From Vicinamibacterales bacterium (GTDB lineage Bacteria > Acidobacteriota > Vicinamibacteria > Vicinamibacterales > UBA8438), in contig CBDATI010000015.1 of assembly GCA_965199675.1 (NCBI GenBank), positions 98,217 through 162,216 of the forward strand: a DNA stretch of 64,000 nucleotides, read 5' to 3'. This document shows, piece by piece, positions 18,068-26,880 of this stretch. The translations under genes and the position numbers were made by a program. Numbering within the stretch: the first letter of the stretch is position 1; each line of letters begins with the position of its first letter. The notes beneath the pieces were generated by a model, which saw only the letters and a program-made list of their open reading frames with translations, was not told where the DNA came from and ran no database searches.

Positions 18068-18669
18068 CACTCGGCCTCCCCGAGGACTTCGATGACCCCT
18101 CGCATGGCGTGGTGCCCGAGCCCGCAGTACTCGAGACACAGCACGTGGTAGGTACCCGGTTCGTCGAAGCGCACGCGCAGCCGGTTGACGTACCCGGGCA
18201 TGGCCTGCGTCTGCGCCAGCACCCGGCCGTCGGGCGTGTAGACGCCGAATGCGTGGTTGACGTCGAGGGTGCGCACGCGGAACTCGACCACGGCGCCCGC
18301 CCGGACGTCGACCGTCGGCGAGAAGTCGCGGTCCCAGGTCTCGATGGACTCGGGGCCCGCATGATCGGTGGGCGAGAAGGCGTACTGCCGACTCACCACG
18401 TTGACGACCTGACCGGGTACGGCCGCCTCCACCGGGTACGGCAACCGCGGTAGGGTCAGGATCAGGAAGATCCCGAGAACGACCATCAGCGACAGGAAGA
18501 ACACGCCGCGCAGTCGGTTGGTGCGGTCGTGGTCGACGGGGCCCTCGCGGGCGGTGGACCGGGCCACGACGACGAACACGGCCGCGATGATCGCGGCCGA
18601 CGACAGGAACAGCAACAGCGGGATGTTGGTCGTCACCGGATCCCTCCCCAAGGTGTATCGTAATGTCAA
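18067..18669 (-). CDS. Heme-copper oxidase subunit II, cupredoxin with CuA site
   Basis: Two TM helices followed by VNHAFGV...CLEYCGLGHHAM (H..CxExCGxxHxxM CuA signature). Confidence 0.8.
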   Translation of the reverse strand: MTLRYTLGRDPVTTNIPLLLFLSSAAIIAAVFVVVARSTAREGPVDHDRTNRLRGVFFLSLMVVLGIFLILTLPRLPYPVEAAVPGQVVNVVSRQYAFSPTDHAGPESIETWDRDFSPTVDVRAGAVVEFRVRTLDVNHAFGVYTPDGRVLAQTQAMPGYVNRLRVRFDEPGTYHVLCLEYCGLGHHAMRGVIEVLGEAE

Positions 18670-18853
18670 TGCGCGGGGGCATCAACGGCATCGGCCGCAG
18701 GGCCGGGGCCGCCCGGGCCGCACATGCGGTATGAGATAGAATGTTCGCGCCCCGGTTTGCGGGCCTCGTCTCCGCTGGGAGGCGGGCGGTCGGGACTGGA
18801 TGCGTCGGCGGTCGCCGTCCACGGCCGGCCGCGGACCGTTCTGGAGGGAGATC

Positions 18854-19843
18854 ATGGATAGCCGGTGGCTTGCCTGTTCGTTGACCCTGGCCGCGCTCGT
18901 GACGTTGACGCCGGCCGTCGCCGTCGCCCAGACCGGGACCTCGGACGCTCCCCGCACCGCTTGGGGCGCTCCGGACCTGCAGGGCGTCTGGGACTTTCGC
19001 AGCCTGACCCCAATGGAGCGCCCGGAGGAGCTGGCCGGGGATGAGAGCTTCTCGCCCGAACAGGCGGCGGAGTTCGCGGCCGAGACCATTCGCCGGCGGA
19101 GCCGCGACGCCGACACGTCGGACCGCGTCGTGCCCTACAACGACTTCTGGTTCGACGAGGGCACGTCGGTGACGACGGAGCGCACGTCGCTCATCGTCGA
19201 TCCGCCCAACGGCCGCATCCCGCCCCTGACCGACGAGGCCCGGCAGCGGCAGACGGCGCTGTCGGAGGCGCGCAGCGGCGTGTCCAGTCACGAGCCGACG
19301 CCCGGCGGCTTCGTCGAGGACCTCGGCCCCGGCGGGCTGCAGGTGCGGTGCATCCTCGGCTTCAACTCGGGTCCCCCGATGGCCCCGAGCGCCTACAACA
19401 ACAACGTGCAGGTGTTCCAGACCGAGGACACCGTGGTCCTCTTCGCCGAGATGAACCACGAGGCGCGCGTGGTGCCGCTCGACGGGCGCGCCCATCTCAC
19501 TGACTCGGTCCGGCAGTGGACCGGCGACTCGCGGGGCCGCTGGGACGGCGACACCCTCGTCGTCGAGACGAGGAACTTCCTGCGCGAGACGAACTTCCAG
19601 CGGGGCGCGACCACCCCCAACCTCACCCTGACCGAGCGGCTCACCCGCGTGGACGCCGACACCCTGCGCTACGAGGTGACGGTGGACGACCCGACGGTCT
19701 GGACGAGGCCGTGGACGTACTCGGTGCCGATGCAGCGGAACCCGCAGCCGGTCTACGAGTACGCCTGCCACGAGGGCAACTACGGCCTCTACAACATCCT
19801 GGCCGGCGCCGCCCTCGCCGGGGCCGACGACGGGTCGCAGTAG
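18854..19843 (+). CDS. Secreted conserved hypothetical protein (C-terminal YEYACHEGNY motif)
   Basis: GGAGGGA SD lies before ATG 18854. Signal peptide MDSRWLACSLTLAALVTLTPAVAVAQ. No domain I can name. Confidence 0.5.
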   Translation: MDSRWLACSLTLAALVTLTPAVAVAQTGTSDAPRTAWGAPDLQGVWDFRSLTPMERPEELAGDESFSPEQAAEFAAETIRRRSRDADTSDRVVPYNDFWFDEGTSVTTERTSLIVDPPNGRIPPLTDEARQRQTALSEARSGVSSHEPTPGGFVEDLGPGGLQVRCILGFNSGPPMAPSAYNNNVQVFQTEDTVVLFAEMNHEARVVPLDGRAHLTDSVRQWTGDSRGRWDGDTLVVETRNFLRETNFQRGATTPNLTLTERLTRVDADTLRYEVTVDDPTVWTRPWTYSVPMQRNPQPVYEYACHEGNYGLYNILAGAALAGADDGSQ

Positions 19844-19883
19844 GAGCCTGCGCGGCAGAGCGGCGCGGGGTCGTGCCGGGTCG

Positions 19884-20036
19884 GTTGGGCGCCCGGCGGA
19901 ACCCGTCAGGCGGTGATTGGCGGGCTGGGGAGACGCCGGCGCGGTACGAGACATCGGGTTCGGCCCGTGATGCCGGCAGAGAGCGCCGGCCGGTTTGGTT
20001 GGCGCCCGGCGGAGCCGTCAGGCGACGATTGGCGGG
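19884..20036. repeat. Two ~41-bp direct copies of a GGCGCCCGGCGG-type intergenic repeat
   Basis: gttgggcgcccggcggaacccgtcaggcggtgattggcgggc (19884-19925) and ggttggcgcccggcggagccgtcaggcgacgattggcgggc (19996-20036). Related units occur at 35186-35297 and inside the 34.5-kb array. Confidence 0.7.
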
Positions 20037-20052
20037 CGAGGAGGAGCGTGTG

Positions 20053-21240
20053 ATGACGAGTGGAACGAGCCCCCGGGAGACGACCCGCAGGGAGATGATG
20101 AAGCAGAGTCTGGCGTTGGCGGGGGCGGGAGTGCTCGGGGTGCGCGGCCTGACCCTGCCGGCCCTCGCCCAGGACGAGACGCCGGCGCCGTTCACCGACG
20201 TACCGGAGAATTTCGGCCAGCCGAATCCCGCTTCCGCCATTCGAATCTACGACATCCGGAACATCGACGGCCCCTACACGCCGGCCGACTCGTTCTACAC
20301 CATCCAGCACTTCGGCAAACCCGTCATCGACGCGGACGGGTTCAGCCTCGGCGTGTCCGGTCTCGTGGACCGGCCGGCGGCGCTGAGCCTCGACGATCTG
20401 CGGGGCATGGACAGCATCGAGATCGACGCCGGCTACGAGTGCTCGGGCAACTCGCGCCGGCTCATCCAGGGGTTGGCGAGCAACGGCCGGTGGACGGGGG
20501 TGCCGCTGCGCGCGGTGCTCGATCTCGTCGGGGTGCAGCCCGCCGCCCGCGAGGTCGTCTTCTTCGGCGCCGACAAGGGGCCCGAGACCGTCGACTTCCG
20601 GGGGACCCCGCACGAGGTCGATCAGCCGTTCGCCCGCAGCCTGTCGCTGGCCGACGGGATGACGACCGGCCCGCTGCTCGCCTATGCCCTGAACGGGGCG
20701 CCCCTGACGGTCGAGCAGGGAGCGCCGCTGCGGCTGCTGGTTCCGGGCTGGTACGGCGTCACCAACGTGAAGTGGCTCTCCCACATCCGGTTGCAGTCCG
20801 AGCGGTTCCTCGGCAAGTGGCAGGCGCGGTGGTACCGCACCCTGTGGTCGGAGGAGATCGGCGGCGAGACGGTGTGGCACGAGACCGAGGTGTCGCGGCT
20901 GCGGGTCAAGTCGGTCATCGCGCGGGTGACCCGGGTCGGCGACCGCCACGAGGTGCTCGGCTTCGTGCTCCACGACGGCACGCCGCTGCGCGGAGTGCAG
21001 GTGAAGGTGGACGACGGCGCGTGGCAGGCGGCCACGCTCGACCCCTCGACGGGGGGCCAGTACTCGTGGAAGCTGTTCCGTTTCGCCTGGAACGGCGCCA
21101 CGCCGGGCGAGCACACCCTGGTGTCGCGGGTCACCGACGTCGACGGCAACGTGCAGCCGACGAGCGAGGAGCTGTCGGCCATCAAGCAGACCGGCCTCGA
21201 GGACAATTCGCAGTTCCCGAGGACGGTGATGATCGCCTGA
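20053..21240 (+). CDS. Tat-exported molybdopterin oxidoreductase of the sulfite oxidase family
   Basis: TRREMMKQSLALAGAG is a Tat signal. GYECSGNSRR carries the Mo-ligand Cys. LLVPGWYGVTNVKWL, plus a C-terminal Ig-like dimerisation domain. Confidence 0.75.
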   Translation: MTSGTSPRETTRREMMKQSLALAGAGVLGVRGLTLPALAQDETPAPFTDVPENFGQPNPASAIRIYDIRNIDGPYTPADSFYTIQHFGKPVIDADGFSLGVSGLVDRPAALSLDDLRGMDSIEIDAGYECSGNSRRLIQGLASNGRWTGVPLRAVLDLVGVQPAAREVVFFGADKGPETVDFRGTPHEVDQPFARSLSLADGMTTGPLLAYALNGAPLTVEQGAPLRLLVPGWYGVTNVKWLSHIRLQSERFLGKWQARWYRTLWSEEIGGETVWHETEVSRLRVKSVIARVTRVGDRHEVLGFVLHDGTPLRGVQVKVDDGAWQAATLDPSTGGQYSWKLFRFAWNGATPGEHTLVSRVTDVDGNVQPTSEELSAIKQTGLEDNSQFPRTVMIA

Positions 21241-21468
21241 GCCGTCGCGGCCTGCCGCCGGCGCGACCAGCGGCAGGATTGGGGGGCGTTTGCCGGTGCG
21301 ACACTGCTGCGGCGCCGGACCCGTTCCGGGTCCCGGTTCCCTCCGGCGGGTGCCCCCGGGCTCGTCCCGCTCATCCCGGGCCGTCCGGCGCTATACTGGG
21401 AGGGCTCCCCGATCGAAGACTGGGGGCTCCCCGATCTGAAGCGTGAAGAGGTTCGAGAGGTGACGGCC

Positions 21469-23877
21469 ATGCTGAAGCGAGGCATCGGCGCGGCGCTGGT
21501 GGTGGGAGTGGCCCTCGTGGCGTGGCCGTCGGCCGCGGCGGGCGGTCAGGCCGGGGCCGGGCCGCCGTCGCGCGCGCTCTTCGACCGCTACTGCGTCACC
21601 TGCCACAACCCGCGCCTGCTGACCGGCGGGCTCGACCTCGGCGAGGTGGATCCCGCACAGACCGCGGCCCATGCGCCGGTCCTCGAGCGGGTCGTCCACA
21701 AGCTGCGCACGGGGCAGATGCCCCCCGAGGGGCGTCCGCGCCCCGACCGGGCCGAGATCGACGCGTTCGTGACCCGCCTCGAGCACGCCCTCGATGAGGT
21801 GGCGGCGGCCGACCCGAACCCGGGCCGCGTGGCGTCGCGGCGGCTGAACCGCGTCGAGTACGTCAACGTCATCGAGGACCTGCTGGGCCTCGAGGTCAAC
21901 GGCGAAGAGCTGCTGCCGTCGGACATGGCGGGGTTCGGCTTCGACAACAATGCCGAGGTGCTGTCGATCACGCCGGGGCTGATGGCCCGCTACATCGCGG
22001 CCGCCACCAAGATCAGCCGGGCCGCGGTGGGCAGCCCCGACATCCGCCCCGTCATGCAGCTCTACGAGGTGGGCTACGAGCAGCGCGATGTGCGGGCCGG
22101 CGAGGACCTGCCCTTCGCGACCCACGGCGGGCTCGCGGTGCGCCACCACTTCCCCCTGGACGGCGAGTACCGCTTCGCCGTCCGGCTCAAGCGCAACGAG
22201 ACCATCGAGACCATCGACGGCATCGCCGAGAACGAGCACCAGATCGAGATTCGCATCGACCACGCCCTCGTCGAGCAGTTCGCCATCGGGGGCCGGTACC
22301 CCGGCCCCGACCCCGGCTCGCTCATCGCGGTGCCCGAGGACGATGTCGAGGGGCAGCGGCTGCACGAGTACCGGATGACCGCCGACCGTGCGCTCGAGGT
22401 GCGGGCTCGGGTCGAGGCGGGCACCCGGCTGCTGTCGGTCGCATTCACCGACTCGGCGCCGTCCCCGCATCCGCCGGGGCTGCTGCCGGGCATCCACCAG
22501 GTCTTCGTCTCCGGGCCGTTCGACGGCGAAGTGCCCGGCGACACCCCCAGCCGCCGGCGAATCTTCACGTGCTACCCGGAGGGCGCCGCCGACGAGGAGC
22601 CTTGCGCGCGCGCCATCATCGGCCAGCTCGCGCGCCGCGCGTACCGCCGGCCCGTCGACTCCGACGACGTCGAGCCGCTGCTGGGCCTCTACCGCGAGGG
22701 CCGGAGCGAGCGCGACTTCGAAGCAGGGATAGAGCGGGCCCTCGAGGGCCTGCTGTCGATGCCGCAGTTCCTGATGCGGGTCGAGCGGCAGCCCGTCGAC
22801 ACCCCGGGCGGCGCCGTGTATCGGCTGAGCGACCTCGAGCTGGCGACCCGGCTGTCGTTCTTCCTGTGGAAGAGCATCCCCGACGACGAGCTGCTCGACC
22901 TGGCGGAGCGGGACGTGCTGAGCGAGCCCGACACCCTGGCCGCGCAGGTGCGCCGGATGCTCGCCGACCGGCGGGCCGCGCGGTTCATGGACGACTTCGC
23001 GGGCCAGTGGCTGCAGGTGCGGAACATCTTCTCGCAGGACCCCGACGGGGCGCTCTTCGCCGGGTTCGACGACTCGCTGCGCAAGGCGATGGTGCGCGAG
23101 ACGCAGTTGTTCTTCCAGAGCCAGGTCCGGGCGGACCGTCCCCTGCAGGACCTGCTGCGGGCCGACTACACGTTCCTCAACGAGCAGCTCGCGCGCCACT
23201 ACGGCGTGGACGACCTCTACGGCAGCCACTTCCGTCGGCACGAGTGGCGGGACGACCGCCGGCACGGGCTGCTCGGGCACGGGAGCCTGCTGACCGTCAC
23301 CTCCTACGCGAACCGGACCTCGGTGGTGCTGCGGGGCCTGTGGGTGCTCGAGACGCTGCTCGGCGCGCCGCCGCCGCCTCCGCCGCCCAACGTGCCGCCC
23401 CTGCCCGAGAGCGACCGCGCCCGGCCGACATCGCTGCGCGAGCGGATGGAGCAGCACCGCAGCAGCCCCGTCTGCTCGAGTTGCCACGCCCGGATGGACC
23501 CGCTGGGCTTCGCGATGGAGCACTTCGACGCGGTCGGACGCTGGCGCGAGCGCGACGGCGGGGCCGAGATCAACGCCACCATCGAGTGGAACGGCGCCAC
23601 CATCGACAGCCCCCGCGCGTTCCGCGAGGCGCTGCTCGCGTCGGGGCACGAGTTCGTGCACACCGTCGTGGAGAAGCTGATGATCTATGCCCTGGGCCGC
23701 GGCCTCGACTACTACGACGCCCCGACCCTGCGGCGGATCGTCCTGGATCTGGAGCACGACGACTACCGCTGGTCGTCGCTCGTGCTCGGCGTCGTCACGA
23801 GCGACCAGTTCCTGATGCGGCGCGCCCCCGAGACCGGGATGCTGGCCGACGTTCGGCTCGAGGCTCTCGATCCGTGA
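21469..23877 (+). CDS. DUF1592/DUF1595/DUF1588/DUF1585-family protein with N-terminal CxxCH (copy 2, intact)
   Basis: LFDRYCVTCHNPRL, FFLWKSIPDDELLDLA, DDFAGQWLQV, SYANRTSVVLRGLWVLETLLG, SSPVCSSCHARMDPLGFAMEHFD. GAGAGG SD lies before ATG 21469 (GTG 21460 is also possible). Confidence 0.8.
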   Translation: MLKRGIGAALVVGVALVAWPSAAAGGQAGAGPPSRALFDRYCVTCHNPRLLTGGLDLGEVDPAQTAAHAPVLERVVHKLRTGQMPPEGRPRPDRAEIDAFVTRLEHALDEVAAADPNPGRVASRRLNRVEYVNVIEDLLGLEVNGEELLPSDMAGFGFDNNAEVLSITPGLMARYIAAATKISRAAVGSPDIRPVMQLYEVGYEQRDVRAGEDLPFATHGGLAVRHHFPLDGEYRFAVRLKRNETIETIDGIAENEHQIEIRIDHALVEQFAIGGRYPGPDPGSLIAVPEDDVEGQRLHEYRMTADRALEVRARVEAGTRLLSVAFTDSAPSPHPPGLLPGIHQVFVSGPFDGEVPGDTPSRRRIFTCYPEGAADEEPCARAIIGQLARRAYRRPVDSDDVEPLLGLYREGRSERDFEAGIERALEGLLSMPQFLMRVERQPVDTPGGAVYRLSDLELATRLSFFLWKSIPDDELLDLAERDVLSEPDTLAAQVRRMLADRRAARFMDDFAGQWLQVRNIFSQDPDGALFAGFDDSLRKAMVRETQLFFQSQVRADRPLQDLLRADYTFLNEQLARHYGVDDLYGSHFRRHEWRDDRRHGLLGHGSLLTVTSYANRTSVVLRGLWVLETLLGAPPPPPPPNVPPLPESDRARPTSLRERMEQHRSSPVCSSCHARMDPLGFAMEHFDAVGRWRERDGGAEINATIEWNGATIDSPRAFREALLASGHEFVHTVVEKLMIYALGRGLDYYDAPTLRRIVLDLEHDDYRWSSLVLGVVTSDQFLMRRAPETGMLADVRLEALDP

Positions 23878-23896
23878 ACCGGGCGGCTCGACGGCG

Positions 23897-24331
23897 GTGG
23901 GCCGGAGCACGAGCGGAGGGCGTGTGCGAGAGACAGTTCGGGACTTCACCCTGGCGGTAGCGGCGTTGGCCTCGCTGTTCGCGGCGTTTCAGTCATGGAC
24001 CACGGCCCGGGACTTGACGGAAGTGCGTGAGGACTTGGCGGAAGTGCGTGAGGACTTGGCGAGGGCGCGCGAGGATCTGAGCGGCGAGGTGGCGAGGGCG
24101 CGCGAGGATCTGGGCGGCGAGGTGGCGAGGGCGCGCGAGGATCTGAGCGCCGACCTGGCGGCGGTGCGCGAAGATCTGAGCGGCGACCTGGCGGCGGTGC
24201 GCGAGGATCTGAGCGGCGACCTGGCGGCGGTGCGCGAGGACTTGGCGGAAGTGCGCGGGCAGTTGCAGACGACCACCGAGGCGATGCTCGCCCACGTCAA
24301 CGCGCCGGGGTTGCACGGCGGCGGACACTGA
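23897..24331 (+). CDS. Small membrane-anchored protein made of tandem 7-/11-residue repeats
   Basis: N-terminal TM FTLAVAALASLFAAFQSW. Then EDLAEVR x2, EDL(S/G)GEVARAR x2, EDLS(A/G)DLAAVR x3 (33-bp DNA units, 24012-24262). Start ambiguous (GTG 23897 or 23924). Confidence 0.55.
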   Translation: MGRSTSGGRVRETVRDFTLAVAALASLFAAFQSWTTARDLTEVREDLAEVREDLARAREDLSGEVARAREDLGGEVARAREDLSADLAAVREDLSGDLAAVREDLSGDLAAVREDLAEVRGQLQTTTEAMLAHVNAPGLHGGGH

Positions 24332-24437
24332 AACGGTCGGTCGGCGGCCTCAGGCTCGCGAGGCTGCCTCGCCCCGGCCGTGCGGCGTCGAGGGCTTGGC
24401 ACGGGCAAATCAACTCGGTATTCCTGGAGAGAGTGGC

Positions 24438-25787
24438 ATGTTCATCACCCGCACGCATCTGCCCCGCCGTACCGTGCTGCGCGGCCTCGGCGCCACGGTG
24501 GCGCTCCCGCTGCTCGACGCCATGGTGCCGGCCGCGACCGCGCAGAGCCGCACCGCCGCCGCGCCCATCAAGCGCTTCGGCGTGTTCTACGTCCCCAACG
24601 GCATGTCCATGCCCTACTGGTATCCGCGGCACGAGCCGGGCAAGCTGGAGACCCTGCCGCCCACTTTGCGCTCGCTCGAGCCGTTCCGCGACCGCGTGAC
24701 GATCTGCGGCGGCCTCGACGACGAGCCGGCCAACCTCGTCAAGGGCGGCGGCGACCACGCCCGGTCCGCCGGCACCTTCCTGACCTGCGTGCCCTACAAG
24801 ATGACGAACGGGGCGGACGTCTCGAACGCGGTGTCGGTGGACCAGATCGCGGCCCGTGAGCTGCAGAACGAGACCCAGCTCGCGTCGCTCGAGCTCGGCA
24901 TCGAGTCGAACGCCATGGTCGGCAACTGTGACGGCGGCGCGAGCTGCGCCTACACCAACACCATCGCCTGGCGGACGCCGACCACCCCACTGCCCATCGA
25001 GAACGACCCGCGGGCGGTGTTCGAGCGTCTGTTCGGCACCAGCGGCAGCACCGATCCCGAGGCGCGGCTGGCCCGCATGCGGCGCGACCGGAGCATCCTC
25101 GATCTCGTCAACGACGAGTTGCAGGGGTTGGGAAGGGTTCTCGGGCCGGGAGACCAGGCCAGGCTCGACGAGTACGTCGAGGCGGTCCGCGACATCGAGC
25201 GGCGGATCACGATGGCCGAGGAGCAGAGCGCCCGCGAGCTGCCGGTGGTCGACCAGCCCGTCGGGGTGCCGAGCGATTACGCCGAGCACGCCAAGCTGAT
25301 GATGGACCTGCTGGCTCTCGCCTACCAGACGGACCTCACCCGCATCAGCACGTTCATGCTCGCGCGCGAGGTGAGCGGCCGCGCCTATCCCGAGATCGGC
25401 GTGCCCGACTCGCACCACCCGCTGTCGCATCACCAGGACGAACCGGCCAAGCTGAACCGGCTGCACCTCATCAACGAGTACCACTTCCAGCAGTTCGCGT
25501 ACCTCGTGGCCAAGCTCGATGCCATCCCCGAGGGCGACGGCTCGATGCTCGATTCGACGCTGTTCCTCTACGGCACCGGCATCAGCGACAGCAACACGCA
25601 CTTCCACGACGATCTGCCCGTGGCCCTTGTCGGGGGGCAGAACGCCGGCATCACCGGCGGCCGCTACGTCCGCTATCCCCAGGACACGCCGCTCGCCAAC
25701 CTGCACGTCACGATTCTCGAGTGGCTGGGCACGCCGGTGGAGGCGTTCGGCGACAGCACGGGTCAGCTCGGCCGGTTGACCGCGTAG
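24438..25787 (+). CDS. DUF1552-family Tat-exported protein (copy 2, intact)
   Basis: MFITRTHLPRRTVLRGLGATVALPLLDAMVP. Collinear with copy 1, including HHPLSHH and the PLANLHVTILEWLG end. Confidence 0.8.
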   Translation: MFITRTHLPRRTVLRGLGATVALPLLDAMVPAATAQSRTAAAPIKRFGVFYVPNGMSMPYWYPRHEPGKLETLPPTLRSLEPFRDRVTICGGLDDEPANLVKGGGDHARSAGTFLTCVPYKMTNGADVSNAVSVDQIAARELQNETQLASLELGIESNAMVGNCDGGASCAYTNTIAWRTPTTPLPIENDPRAVFERLFGTSGSTDPEARLARMRRDRSILDLVNDELQGLGRVLGPGDQARLDEYVEAVRDIERRITMAEEQSARELPVVDQPVGVPSDYAEHAKLMMDLLALAYQTDLTRISTFMLAREVSGRAYPEIGVPDSHHPLSHHQDEPAKLNRLHLINEYHFQQFAYLVAKLDAIPEGDGSMLDSTLFLYGTGISDSNTHFHDDLPVALVGGQNAGITGGRYVRYPQDTPLANLHVTILEWLGTPVEAFGDSTGQLGRLTA

Positions 25788-26042
25788 TGTGGCGTCACGT
25801 GGCAATCTTCCGACATGGACATGGGTTTGCGGCGCGCAATCGTTGAGGAAACACAGCGCCGCACACCCGAACGTTCAGCCATGACGCAGCAGAGGAGTCG
25901 GCGCCGACGCGGCGGGTTCTTCCCGGGCGGGACGGACCGACAGCGGGGCCTCGGGCGCCGCCGCCCCGACCGGAATGGTGACATGCTGCATTCACCCTCG
26001 CCGGTCGACGCCGCCGAGACCTCCCGGCGCATCGGGAGTCGA

Positions 26043-26510
26043 ATGCGACGGCGCGTTCGCAGGAGCCTCTTCGGGCCCGCGTTGACCCTCGTCGCCCTGC
26101 TGCTGCCGGCGTCGGCGCAGGCGCAGCAGGGGCCCTACCCCATCTTCACCGAGGCGCATCTCGACGCCACCATGACGACGCTCGGCCCGAACGTGGCCGG
26201 CGTGCGGGCCGCCCTCGCCGCGGGCGACCACTCGACGGCCAAGGAGCGGGCCATCCGTTCGCGCGAGCAGCTCGCCACCACCATCACGTTCTGGCGCGAC
26301 CGCGCGCGAGACGACGCGGTGGGCTGGCTGCGGACGGCGCTGAACCGGCTCGACGCCCTCGACACCGCCCTCTCCGCCGAGTCGGTTGACGCGGCCGCGG
26401 CCCTCGCGATCGGAAACGAGATCGCCGCCGCCTGCAACGCCTGCCACGCGGTGTACCGCGAGCCGGACGGAGACGGGGCCTACCGCGTGAAGACGAGCGC
26501 CCTGCCCTGA
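26043..26510 (+). CDS. Class II cytochrome c (cytochrome c'/c556-like four-helix bundle)
   Basis: Signal peptide MRRRVRRSLFGPALTLVALLLPASAQA. Helical ~130-aa body with a single C-terminal CNACH heme motif. Confidence 0.55.
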   Translation: MRRRVRRSLFGPALTLVALLLPASAQAQQGPYPIFTEAHLDATMTTLGPNVAGVRAALAAGDHSTAKERAIRSREQLATTITFWRDRARDDAVGWLRTALNRLDALDTALSAESVDAAAALAIGNEIAAACNACHAVYREPDGDGAYRVKTSALP

Positions 26511-26880
26511 CGACCACGGCGCGGACGAGCTCCTGCCGACCGGGAACGACGGCTTCTCCAGGTTGCCTTTCCGCCGGTGGGGCACACCGTTGATGCCCCG
26601 CGACGCTCGCCTGTTCCGGGGTTGGAGCGCGTCGGCGGGAAGGAGACGACTGATTTCCCGTTGAACGCTTGGCTTCGGATGCGGGCGGGGAAGGAGACGG
26701 CATGACGATCGAGGTCCGCGGTTCCCCGGGCCGGCTCCGCGTGCGCATCTGAAGGTCGGCTTCAATCGGCCATTGTTGCGCAGGACGGAATCGAGAAGAA
26801 AGGCGAAGGTCCAGACAGATTGGGCGATTCGGAGGCGCGGTCCGTTGGCATGCGCTTGGCGCAGGTTGGGGGAGTGTACC

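Noticed and set aside
15777-19954. 861-aa (15777..18362) and 1115-aa (16607..19954) minus-strand ORFs.
   Set aside because: Only their 3' parts are real (SCO-like, and oxidase subunit I starting at ATG 18067). The upstream extensions are stop-free read-through across other genes.
26702-26752. 16-codon mini-ORF MTIEVRGSPGRLRVRI with a strong AAGGAGA SD upstream of the Uma2 gene. The SD-containing string gggaaggagacg is duplicated at ~26636.
   Set aside because: It is too short to support from sequence alone. It could be a leader peptide or chance. There is no conservation evidence.
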